Below, one piece after another: positions 38,141 to 49,639 of a DNA stretch of 64,000 bases. Position 1 is the first letter of the stretch, and each line of letters starts with the position of its first letter. The notes beneath the pieces are model-generated. The model saw only the letters and a list, made by a program, of their open reading frames with translations, searched no databases and was not told where the DNA came from. A program made the position numbers and the translations under genes. Origin of the DNA: Eledone cirrhosa (lineage: Eukaryota); assembly GCA_964016885.1 (NCBI GenBank), contig OZ024743.1, forward strand, positions 169,570,001 through 169,634,000, read 5' to 3'.

Positions 38141-39975
38141 GTGGAAGTATACAGGTCGCAGGAAAATCTTGTCTCCCGTAAGTTTGTGATTTTTGAAGTT
38201 TTCATTGCGAACTTATTGTAAAATTTATATTGTCTTGTATTTCCACACACTCACTTTTGGAGTGGTCGAAATTAATCGGTATTTAGCCCTTATGGGCTAA
38301 ATTCCAATTTGAACTTTTGCATTTCGCAAATACGCCCACAAAAAAGAGAAGAAAAATGGCGTCATTCAAAAAATCTGTTTCTCTACCATGTCTCCACACA
38401 AAAATTACTCCTTCACCAAGCTATCGTTTTCAACCTTGTCTTCCCTCACAACAATTTCTTTCTTCACCCAGCTGTCGGCGTGGAGTCTCGCTTCCCTTTT
38501 CTTCTTCTTCATCGTCACATAGTGAAAGTCAGGCATTTCATTCTCTTCTCCATCAAGCGGTAGTCGAGAAGTGGCTGCTGCTGATGCATTTGACAACAAA
38601 AGAGGTAGCAGCAGCAGCAGCGGCAGTGTTAATAATAATACCTGTGGCAGCAGTAGCAGCAACAGCAACACCAACAACACCATTTGTAGCAGTAGCAACA
38701 ACAACAGCACCAACAACAAGACCAGTAGCAGCAGTATCTGCGGCAACAATGATGCCACTGAAAAAGAGACCATCTCTTTTGCTAAGGTGGCTCGCAACGT
38801 AGAAACAGTCCTGGTCACAGAGAAGGAGATGGCGGTCGCAAGACACATGGTAACCAGAACTAAATTTTCAGTGTCCTTGAAACCACCAACCGACTTCCTG
38901 GAGGAACAAGAGCGTCGCATAGTGCCATACCGCACGATTGCCACGAAATCGCCTCGGAGGCCCAAATCCAGAAGGCCTTGAGAACTGTGAGGGCACGGAA
39001 AACCCACATCACCCGTGGCAAGAAATATGCTACCGTGGACGTCCTTTTTGATACCTCCCAGGAAGAAAATTCGCACTCACTGAGGACCCTACGGAGTGAT
39101 GACATAACGTCAGTTCCGTTTTACTACGGGGATAAAATTGCAAAGGTCAGGGTAACCCAAGTCCCGCCCTACGTACCCATTCCTTGGCTGGTCGTGTCTG
39201 TTCTTTCGGGCATCGAAGATAGAACAACCATTCTGCAGGTACAGAAGTTGGGGAGAGAGGACTGGTCCGGTATTGGAATGGAGATGCTTATCCAAACCGA
39301 CCAGGACTGTATCAGTGCTATTCCCGACGTAATAGACATCGGGAATGGCTCCCAACTTCCCATATCTGTGGAAGGAAGGCGCCCAAAGTGCTTCAATTGT
39401 GGATCAAAGTCTCACCTCAGCGCCTTCTGTCCACAGAAAATAACAAAGGTGAAGGTCCCCCTCCTTCCAACGCCGGAAGCGCTGCCATCAGAAACAGAGC
39501 AGTCAGCGAAAAAGTCGGGAGTTTCTACAGAGAGTAGGAGGACAACCTACACTAAAGCCACGGACAACAAAAACAGCGGCGGCAACTGCAGCAACAGAAA
39601 CAGTTGCATTAGCTGCACCTGTGCCAAGAACGGCAGACCAGGCTCCACGACCGCCACCACCACCACCAACAACAACAAAGACAAATGAAAGGGTAGAACT
39701 CATACCCCTCCCCGACCTCTCACAGTCGGAGTAGGAGGCGGCTGAGAAGTGGAAAATGGTTGACAACAAAAAAAAAACAAACGCGAAAACACCTCAGCTT
39801 CTACCGCCAAAAGCGAAGGCAAAGAAAGAGGGGTAAACGCTGTAAGGAGACTTGCAGCAACACCCCCACCATCACCATCACCACCACAAGCATCACCACC
39901 AACAACAACCACACCACCACCAGCATCACCAAAAACACCAACATCAAAAAAACAACAAAGCACACACTCAACAGC

Positions 39976-40010
<35 letters not shown>

Positions 40011-42010
40011 CCCCCGCCCGCCCCAAGTACACAGCCATAAACATTGCACACCAAGGATTAGTGGAACATATAAAACAGCACACCGATATTTCAGACTTAA
40101 ATTACCACACCCCGCCAACACCAAGAACATTACCCAAAAGCATTACAATTGTTGAAATTAAACTGGAAGACTATAAACAATTAAAGCAAAAATTCACCAA
40201 CTGCGTTCGGGATTTCATAGGGTCAATCTCCAAGAGAATATATACAGAGACACATCTTGGAGACACACATTCTCACTTACCCTGTTCCTCACCCAACATG
40301 GCCGTACTCAGAATAAGCAGTGTAAATGTATGTGGCCTGGGATCATCCAGGGTCACCTGCTCAACGACCTCAGGTTACTAAACATAGATGTGGTGGCCAT
40401 CAGTGAGACCAGAATCTCCGAAGCGTGAGGCTTCGCACCGACCTTCGGCGGCTACGATGTATACGCATCTCCCAGCCGTCCAGGACCGGGGGGAGGAGTT
40501 GCTATGCTTTTTCGGAGAGACATGGATCTCACCACATGGGCCATCTTCCTGGACCCAGAAGGTAAGTCGGTGGTGCTGGACGTCACCCGCAACGAAGGCA
40601 ATGCTTTCAGGCTAGTAGCCCTCTACGCCCCAACAGGGGCAGGACGGCCAAAATTCTTCAGACGTCTAGAGACCTTTCTTGGAACGTCCCGCTCTTTAGT
40701 GTTAGTGGGTGACTGGAATGGTATCTTAGATGCACGCTGGAATTACGTGGGGGGCTAGTAGACAGGGGAGGAGGGTGTAAAAGCCTCAACAATCTGCTCA
40801 GACGTTTTGAACTGCCTGACAGGTATAGACTGGATTATCCGAATGTGCCAATGTGGTCATGGGCAAACCGCATCGGGTCATCCAGATCGTATTTAGATAG
40901 GATATTCTGTACGGAAAGAGATAAGGCTAGTATAGGTTGTCCACAATTTAAAGTAGTCGACTACACGGACCATTTGTGATCTGTGAAGTTGAATTAGATA
41001 GACTCCATAGGCATAGGTTACTGGAAGCTGAACGCGTCGTTTTCGGCGCGCAAATCTTACAGAGACCGGATTAGCGAATTAGTTAAGCGTGCGTTGACGG
41101 GGGCGATCGTCAACAACAGGGGGTGGTTTACCCTGAAAGGGGCTATTAGAATAGAATCGATAAGGTTTAGCAAAGGAGTGGTGATAGAGGAAAATAGAGT
41201 AGAGGGAGAGCTAGTTAGAAAGCTAGAAGAGGTGTTTAGGACAGGTATCGCAACCGACGTGCTTGCGGCAAGATTGGCACTCGACCAATTCTTCAACGCA
41301 ACGCAAAGGTGCTCTGAGACACGAGGGGACGAAAGATATTCAATGGACCCGGGTGGTGGAGGCGCAACGTGGCAACAAGTCCACAATTCGGTCATTGCCT
41401 GACCAAAACGGGCGCATTTTGCTCACCTGAGCAGATGCGTGAGGCTTTTCAGCAGCGCTTTGATCAACTGTTTGGGAGCGGCGGTGGGCCAGATCGGAGT
41501 ATGAATTTCAGTGCATACCTGAACTGCCGCGGCTCTCGACGACCTCAGTGCAGTATTGTGAAAAGCCGATAATACCAGGTGAAATACGGGAAGCGATGTC
41601 TCACTGCACGAAGGGTAAATCGCCAGGTTTGGATGTTCTGCCCTACGAGCTTCATGCGTACATGCCAGACTTGTTCGGCGACCTCTTGGCAGGCGACTAC
41701 TGCAACTGGCAGCAGAACGGGAGCATTCCCAGTTTTGTGAGCCGAGGAGCAGTGGCGCTGTTGAGAAAAGACCCGAACAAAGGGGACGTTATAGACAACT
41801 TCAGGCCCATAACTCTGTTAAACGCAGACTTCAAGATTTGAGCCAAGGTGTTAGCAACGAGATTGGCGCTTGTCGTCGGTAATCTGGTAGGAAAGGCGCA
41901 GACATGCGCCATTCCAGACAGATCCATCCATGACAACCTCCACTTTATGCAATACATCATAGTGAGGGTGGTTAAGGAACCTGGCACGGGTGGGGCCCTG
42001 ATCAACTTGT
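38141..42010 (+). mobile_element. Tx1/L1-like LINE copy D (5' UTR, ORF1, APE, start of RT), 3'-truncated
   Basis: ATG 38356; SFAKVA; VEGRRPKCFNCGSKSHLSAFC; MAVLRISSVNV; LVGDWNGILD; YLDR; NFRPITLLN. Ends at LINL. Confidence 0.9.
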
Positions 42011-42234
42011 GAAATACTGTGATAGGCAAAAATGCCTCAGAGGGCAGAGATCTGCGACCAGTGGTCAACGGAGTCAATTCACAAGAGAGTGACATGCAAA
42101 TGAAATATAGAAAAGATTAAAAGAGGAGGAGGACAAGGTGAAGTTTACACACACCTTCGGCCTGATCAGCTCTCAAACCAGAAAAATGGTTTACACGATT
42201 TTTAAATAGAAGTGGTTGATAGCTTCTGCTATCT

Positions 42235-43080
42235 AATTGACCTAATTAGAAGCAGAGGAGTATGCTCTGAGAGCATCATATCTAGAATAAGGATAAGATG
42301 GAAGACGTTTAGAGAGCTACTCCCAGTGTTGACAACAAAAGTGTACAATGCTGCATGGTAATGAAACAGACTGCAGAGGACATACATAGGCTGCAGAGAA
42401 ATGAAGTAACCATGTTTCATTGGATGTACAATGTAAATGTGAGAAAAAAGCAGAGCTTGGATGAAGTGAGGGAGTAACAGGGTTTAAGAGGAATCTAAAG
42501 TGATGTGCAAGAGAAAAGACTGTGTTAATATGGGCATGTGATGGATATTGATAATAGTCGATGCCAGGAAAATCCAGTGGAGAGACGCCACAGTAGAGGA
42601 AGACCAATAAAGACCTGGGTGGAGATGGTGAGAACTGATCTCAAATTGCTGAGACTCGCAGAGGAGATAATGAAGGAATGCAGTGAGTGGAGAAATGCTG
42701 TGCTGAGAGGACCTGTCAAACCCATGCAAATGTGAAAAAATGGAGATGATGATATATAACGATGTGTATTAAGCATATATAAAAACGAGAGTTATCAATA
42801 CCAGGTTGGTGGAGTTTAATGTAATGCAATCAACAAGTGGGATGTAAAATTGCTACAAATCATTTTGTGCAAGACAAGAAGGATATTCGACATGATACAT
42901 GTGATCTGAAGAGTGTATTATGTAACTATGACAATTACATGAAATATTTTGCAGCCATCCTAGCTGTTGATTGCATGTCATCAGAGGTGAGTAAAAGGGC
43001 TGACATCAAGAAGGGTATCCAGCTGTAAAAACATTGCCTCAACAAATCCCATCCAACCCATGCCAGCATGGAAATTGTGA
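42235..43080 (+). mobile_element. RTE 3' fragments and tails
   Basis: WKTFRELLPVL; RGRPIKTW (ORF 42538-42735); GATGATGA tail. A second tail AAGGGTATCCAGCTGTAAAA..CCATGCCAGCATGG lies at ~43010-43075. Confidence 0.7.
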
Positions 43081-43139
43081 CATACTTTGTTTTTGGTGCA
43101 TTCAGAAACAGACCAATACCCTGGCATGCCTTCATGCCT

Positions 43140-43520
43140 TCTCAACTCTGAGATCCCATGCAGCTTCAATCATATTATCAAGAAGCACAATATCGTCAGC
43201 ATAGTAAGGTCGTCAATTTCAGTGATTGGAGTGTGCAGTGTATAGTATGGTTCAGAGTTGTGGATGTTAAATGGTGTTTCCCACAAGAGACTCGATGGTA
43301 CATACATCAGAATGCTACGCTTGTCATACAACATCTGCAAACATCAAAAAGGTCTCTATATGGATCCTTGCCTTGCATCTTTGATGATCAACCTGCTGGA
43401 AGATTGCTCCTCTGGACACAGGATGCAAAGTGAGAAGTTGACTGGCTGTGTATCACCTGTGTATCATCGATTTGGACATAGGCCTCAAAGGAATGGCTCA
43501 ACGTGCTGCATTGGTTGACC
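43140..43520 (+). mobile_element. Old RTE-like fragment related to the 23568-24775 family
   Basis: KRLDGTYIRMLR (ORF 43258-43518) and LLLW; similar to VDGCYTRMLR..VLLWEP. Confidence 0.55.
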
Positions 43521-43604
43521 AAAGAAGAAGATACAGTTGTATTTATTGTATCTATTTAAAAGTTTGTATTTGCACCATCTCCATCCATATGATGTAAGCA
43601 GGAT

Positions 43605-45190
43605 TCATCATCATCACCATTTAACATCTATTTTTCCATACTTGCATGGCTTCGATGAGTCGTCCACATTATGAGATATTTCTGGCCAGTTGACTGCGCC
43701 ATACCTTGCTCAAATGGAACTGTATTTTGGCTGTATTTTTTACAGATGAATACCCTTCCTAAGCCTTAACCACATTTACAGTGTGGGATCCCATAATGAG
43801 GTAAGTTTGGCCAGTTTACTGCGTCGAACCTTGTTCATGTCAAAACCATATTTTGGCTAGGATTTTTACAACTGGATGCCCTTTTCTAACACTGACCACA
43901 TTTACAGTGTGGAGTTGGGTATTAGTGTGAAGGTGTAGGGTGTGTGGGTGTGTATATAGGATTAAGAGGTGCTTACTGAGTGTAAGTTTAAATCCGTGCA
44001 CAAAGGAAGACAGGTCTTCACCAAAGATCTCAATCCTGTGTTAGAGAGATCCAAGTGTGCAAGGTCAGCTTTTATCACCACATCCCAGGAATTTCTGGGT
44101 CTTCCTACTCCGTAGATTCCATCAATTTTGATCGCCCTGCACCTTTTTAGACAGCTGTCATCCTTCATACGCATCACACGACCATACCAACGCAATCTCC
44201 TCTCTAGTATACTTCATGTCATCTCTCTTATGCCCAATTTCTCTCTTAGTTCAGTTACACTTTGCTCTTCATGTATATTACTATTACACATCCATCAGAG
44301 CATGCATGCTTCATTTCTTTCCAATCTGCACAGATCCTGTGCACACAATGCCCTAGTCTCACTACCGTATAGCATTGCTGTTCGTATACAAGCATCCTAC
44401 AATCTGCCTTTCATTTTTAGGGAGAAATCTTTTGTGGCCAACAGCGGTATTAGCCCTCTGAACTTTCTCCATCCTGTTTTTACTCTGGCTACAGTACTAT
44501 CAGACCCCCCCCCCTTTCACTACTGATTTAGTCACCCAGGTAATGGAAAGTGTTTACCTTTTCTATACCATTTGGACAGTTCAACAAGCTAGTATCCTGT
44601 GAGCACTTGCTACTTACAACACCTGAGCATTGGCCACATATAAAACCTACATTCTTTGTAGCCTGTCTGTGACCCCACTATATCTTTTATGTACCCATAG
44701 CTTGCATTTGGGACATAGAATGGAATTTCTACTTACTCCTTTCCTACACACTGAGCAAGGCCGTTTCCCAGAGGGAACCTGAGCCTTATTTTCCTTTCTA
44801 CATGCTAGAACTTTAATCTTAGAGAAGTTAATTTTAAGGCCTTTTGATTCTAGGCTATACTTCCAGGTTTGGAATTTATTCTCTAGTTCAGCCATAGATT
44901 CAGCTATAAGAGTTCGATCATCTGCATATAGAAGTTCGCATAGGCAGCCAGTCATAAACTGTTTCTGTTATAGCCTATAGGGTGATAATAAACAGGAGGG
45001 GGCTAAGGCTAAGCCTTGTTGAACACCTACTTTTACGCTAGATTCTTCAATATATTCATTGTTAATTCCAACCTTGTTGACTGTTCCTCTATACATGGAA
45101 TTCTCCAAGTCAACAAAAACTAAGTAGAGGGGTTTACTTATAGCTAGGTACTTCTCCTGTAGTTCCATTATGAGGAAGAGAGCATGCAAG
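43605..45190 (-). mobile_element. RTE LINE 3' half with 3' UTR
   Basis: ORFs 44968-45189, 44647-44955 (LLYADD..CSVCRKGVSRNSILCPKCKLWVHKR) and 43962-44195. (GAT)n tail at ~43605-43620. Confidence 0.88.
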
Positions 45191-45244
45191 GTACTTACAC
45201 ATATATGTGTGTGTGTTTGTCTATATGTATCTATTTATATATAT

Positions 45245-46735
45245 CGATAGCATTTAGCAAGGAAGTAGCTCTAGAAAAAAACAAAAACAAAAAGGAACTG
45301 GTAGCTAAAGTAGAAGAGGCACTTAGGAATGGCAGTACAACTGACGTGCTAGCGGTGAGGACGGCACTAGACTAGTTCTTTAACGTGTATTGACAGAAGT
45401 AGAACACGTGCTCTAAGAAACGAGGGAGTCAAAGCTGTTAGCTGGGCCCGAGTGGCAGAGGCGAAAAGTGGCAACAAATCCACAATTCGGGCTTTGCAAG
45501 ACAAAGATGGACACATTCTACTTGAATCCAAGCAGATGTGCACGGCCTTCCAGCAGCATTTTGCACAACTCTTCGGGCAAAGCGGTACGTCGAGGGAGGT
45601 GATGGACTTCTCCTACCTCGACGGCGTACCACGACTCTCGAGCACGGATGCAGAGAGCTGCGAAAGGCCGATCACAGCGGGCGAAATAGATGCCCTAGGC
45701 CGCTGCGGGAAACGTAAATCACCCGGTTTAGATGGTCTACCCTATGAGTTTTCTGGCGTCCTCAAAGTGGTCTACTGCAACTGGCAGCAGAACGGGAGGA
45801 TTCCCAGTTCTGTAGGCAGAGGCGTAGTAACGCTGATCAGGAAAGATGAGAACAGGGGAGATGAGATAAGTAATTTCAGGCCCATAACTCATTGATTTAA
45901 AGATTTTGTCCAAGGTGTTAGCAGCGAGGCTGGCGCTTGTCTTCGAGAACCTGGTAGGGGAAGCGCAAACATGTTGCAATCCCGACCAGGTCCATACACA
46001 ACAACCTCCACCTCATGCGATACATCATAGAGAGGGTAGGGTGTAAACCTGGCTTCGGTGGGGTTCTGATCAATTTAGATCAGTCTAAGGCATTTGATAG
46101 AGTCGACCATCAATACTTGAAAGCGCTTCTCAAGGCGGCCGGCTTCGGTCCCGTCTTCAGAGGCTGGATCGTTGCCATGCACACCTGCATCTGCTCAGCA
46201 GTCCAAATCATGCGTTCCATCCGTCAGGAATGCCCTCTCTCCTCCATTCTGTATGTACTGACTCTCGAGCCATTACTGCAGAAGTTGGAGCTGTTGCAGG
46301 GCATCCCGATCGAACCAGGACCTTGGAAAGCAGCGTCGGCCTATGCCGACGACGTAACCGTAATGGTGTCGAAAACCTCGGAAATCGGGGTAATCGGCAA
46401 CCTATTACAGGAATACGAAACGTTGGCAGGAGCAAGGCTAAACCCAAACAAGTCTCTCGGTTTGCAACTCAGCTCATGGAGAGGCAAACCCATGCCTTCC
46501 AACAGTGACGTTGGACGCTGGACGGAAGGACCGGTGAAATTGCTCGGGGTCTGGTTTGGTCCAGACCTCCAGGTGGACAAGAACCAGAACGAAGTCACGG
46601 CGAAGGTGTTTGCACTCACCAAGTGGGCTGAGTGCAAACTCCTTGAAAGGTCGAGCGGAGGTGGCGAACACTTACATAGCGTCCGTCTACTACCGCTTGA
46701 CATTCGTGCTTTGTCCCCGCGAATACTTCACCAAA
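45245..46735 (+). mobile_element. Tx1/L1-like LINE copy E, RT fragment
   Basis: ORFs 45452-45895 (KSPGLDGLPYEF) and 46015-46761 (LDQSKAFDRVDH, AYADD, KLLGV). Confidence 0.9.
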
Positions 46736-47102
46736 ATACATACATACTTACATTTAAGTAAGTGCCGTACTAAGAGTGAGAAATGAAATTTCGTTTCATT
46801 ATATTACAACTTATCGTTTTCGGTACGCCTGGCCGACTGAACTCACTCGATATGCAAATTAGGCTGCTCAGCCGTTAATTTTCATAAGGAAAGTATATAC
46901 TTTCGAACGTTCAACTATCTAGCAGAAGGGTATACGGTGCTGATGATAGCTAACAAGCTTGAAACTAGTACATCGTTCCTGTGTCAGTGTTGAACAAAAA
47001 GGTGACGTGGTTGCCTTAACACCGTATGGCATAAATCAGGCTGTTCGCTTGTTTACAAACGGACAAAGCGGGCGTTATAATAAACGTTCGCTAAACTGAT
47101 AC

Positions 47103-47159
<57 letters not shown>

Positions 47160-47270
47160 TGCTACTGTACGTCTGTATACATATATGTATGTACGTATAC
47201 ATACATACTTACATTTAAGTAAGTGCCGTACTAAGAGTGAGAAATGAAATTTCGTTTCATTATATTACAA

Positions 47271-47275
<5 letters not shown>
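46736..47275. repeat. 79-bp identical direct repeats (46736-46814, 47197-47275) enclosing a hammerhead
   Basis: ATACATACATACTTACATTTAAGTAAGTGCCGTACTAAGAGTGAG...ACAACTTAT occurs twice, 461 bp apart. Confidence 0.9.
46934..46976 (+). ncRNA. Minimal type I hammerhead ribozyme
   Basis: ACGGTG CTGATGA T AGCT AACA AGCT T GAAA CTAG TA CATCGT. 6-bp stem I, canonical core, stem II, palindromic ACTAGT stem III, GUA cleavage triplet. Confidence 0.8.
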
Positions 47276-47323
<48 letters not shown>

Positions 47324-47460
47324 TTATCCCAAATTTTACGTATGTACGCATCTATGTATATCTGATTCTGTGTGTACATATATATTTTTTCCGTTACCCT
47401 ATTTCAGCCTCACTTTCATTTATAATAGATTTTAATTTCATATCATATATCCAAATAAAG

Positions 47461-47532
47461 ATTCCTTCTGATGAGCGATATCAGACGTTTCTGTTAGAAT
47501 CGTCTAACTTCGTGAAACCTTGGTAATGTAAT
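47461..47532 (+). ncRNA. Type I hammerhead ribozyme motif with extended stem II and decayed stem I
   Basis: ATTCCTT CTGATGA GCGA..AGACG..CGTCT..TCGT GAAA C CTTG GTA ATGTAAT. Stem I has 2 mismatches. Confidence 0.65.
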
Positions 47533-48615
47533 GATTATATTGTGTTGTTTATTACATTACTATAACGGCGGCGAAGATTCCCGCCTCTGGGACAAGCAGT
47601 GGTTAGTTGTTTACGCCCGGCAGACCAACCCCTTGGGAGATGCTAAACACAGGTCAGATGTTGTTTACGCATGGCAAAAAATAGGTCGGATATATCCATC
47701 CTTCTAACTTCAACCGTTATAAATACAAGGGTTGTTTACACACGGCAGAAAAAGTGAGACTACAGACAAGACAGGTCGTATTTACACGCTTTCGTCACAA
47801 AAAAAAACAGTCTGCCAACTAATTTCTCACACGCCATTCCCGCCTGGCTGATTGAATCCTACTACTTCTAAGACAAGAAAGTATACTAATACGCACACAC
47901 TCACACATAGTAAGTTCACACTGTTTGCATTTTACATGCACCAATTCTGTCTGTCATATTGTATCTTTCAGATACAACACAAATTATATTATAAACGTAT
48001 TCTGTGATACTTGCATTTACGTGGCTCGTAGAGCCACCAACTCATTGTACGAATATTTCATGTTATAGATTTTATCATTCAATGTCCAACTTGAATATTG
48101 TTATAATAAAATAAACATTGTAACAACACAATCCTGGTATTATTCTTTGCATTGAAACCATCATACCAACAATTCTATCTATTCACTTATCCGTTACAAC
48201 TGGAATATTCGTTACACCTTGGGTAATGTGATGATTATATTGTGTTGTTTATTACATAATTAGGTAGCTATACATAGAGCACTATTCTTTCCTTTACCTT
48301 TTCCACGGAAATACTTAGCATAATATATATACATATATACATATATATACACATATATACATATATATACACATACATATATATACACACACATATATAT
48401 ACACACATATCAACAAATGAAAAATAAATTTTCAAAAAATATATATATACTTATATATTAATTAAAATCATATACAAATTCTATATATATATGGAGAGAC
48501 ATATATAAATAAAATATAAATATTGACACATACAATTACATATTCATACACAATCAAATAAAGCCACATAAATATATATCCATCCTTATATACAATAACT
48601 TATACATATACATAT

Positions 48616-48979
48616 CAGGGGCGAAGGGTCCTTGCATGCGTTATAGCATCTTGAGTTGATCAATTGCGTCGGTTGAAGCAAGCAGAATTTTGGCTGCTTA
48701 CTAAAACGTATAGACACAAAAAAAGATAATACATACACACACATACACACAAACACATACACGCAAACTCACGACAGCTTTGGGCAAGCAGAATTTTGAC
48801 TGCTTACTAAATCGTAGTCACAAAAAGATAACACACACACACTAGGTAACACTACATGCGGCTTTGACCGGGAGGGTCATTTAGAGGGAAATGAGGGGGG
48901 GGGTAAGGCTGCACAGCCCCGCTTTCCGCCATGGCGATTGGACTGCATGCCCTGCTTTCCAGGTTACCCTTCGCCACTG
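48616..48979. mobile_element. hAT-type MITE
   Basis: TIRs CAGGGGCGAAGGGT and (reverse complement) CAGTGGCGAAGGGT. Flanks ATACATAT and ATACACAT match at 7/8, consistent with an 8-bp TSD. Confidence 0.8.
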
Positions 48980-49019
48980 ATACACATGCATATATACTAA
49001 ACCTACACTGAATCTATAC

Positions 49020-49021
<2 letters not shown>

Positions 49022-49086
<65 letters not shown>

Positions 49087-49292
49087 ATGGCCGCAAATTC
49101 GTGTTCGAGTATTGCCATCGCCTGGTAAAATGCATGGCAACTGTAGACTCCTCTGCTCCGTTCGAGAACTTCCAAATCACTGATGAATAATTTGCATTGC
49201 ACCGCAAGTATCTTACGAAGAGATTCCTATCTGTATGTGACCCACGTTTCACAAGCATAAAGCAAAGAGGAAACATACATACACGTATTCAC

Positions 49293-49375
<83 letters not shown>

Positions 49376-49388
49376 CACACACACACAA

Positions 49389-49440
<52 letters not shown>
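49022..49440. repeat. (TA)n and (CA)n microsatellites
   Basis: Seen directly: (TA)n 49022-49083, (CA)n ~49301-49398, (TA)n ~49400-49434. Confidence 0.95.
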
Positions 49441-49441
<1 letters not shown>

Positions 49442-49639
49442 AAATGTAGTTTGCTTGAAGCATTGTATATAATATATGCGAAAAGTGATATAAGGCTAAA
49501 CAATGCAAAATGGACGGTAAGGAAAAAGTGTTGTAGTTGTTGCTGTTGTTTCTTTCACCCTAATATTTCAGGACTTAAAATTTAAATATTTACAATTCAA
49601 ACTATGAACAATTTAATTATTTTATTTATTAAGAACTTT

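Noticed and set aside
39700-40155. His/Gln-rich and Val/Gly-rich ORFs
   Set aside because: They are alternative frames and the antisense of the low-complexity (CAC/AAC) Tx1 ORF1 tail.
47600-47795. CRISPR-like repeat-spacer array
   Set aside because: The repeats are short and degenerate, spacing is irregular, there are no cas genes, and the context is eukaryotic.
48881-49585. ORFs with YI, HT and CV repeats
   Set aside because: They are translations of (TA)n and (CA)n microsatellites.
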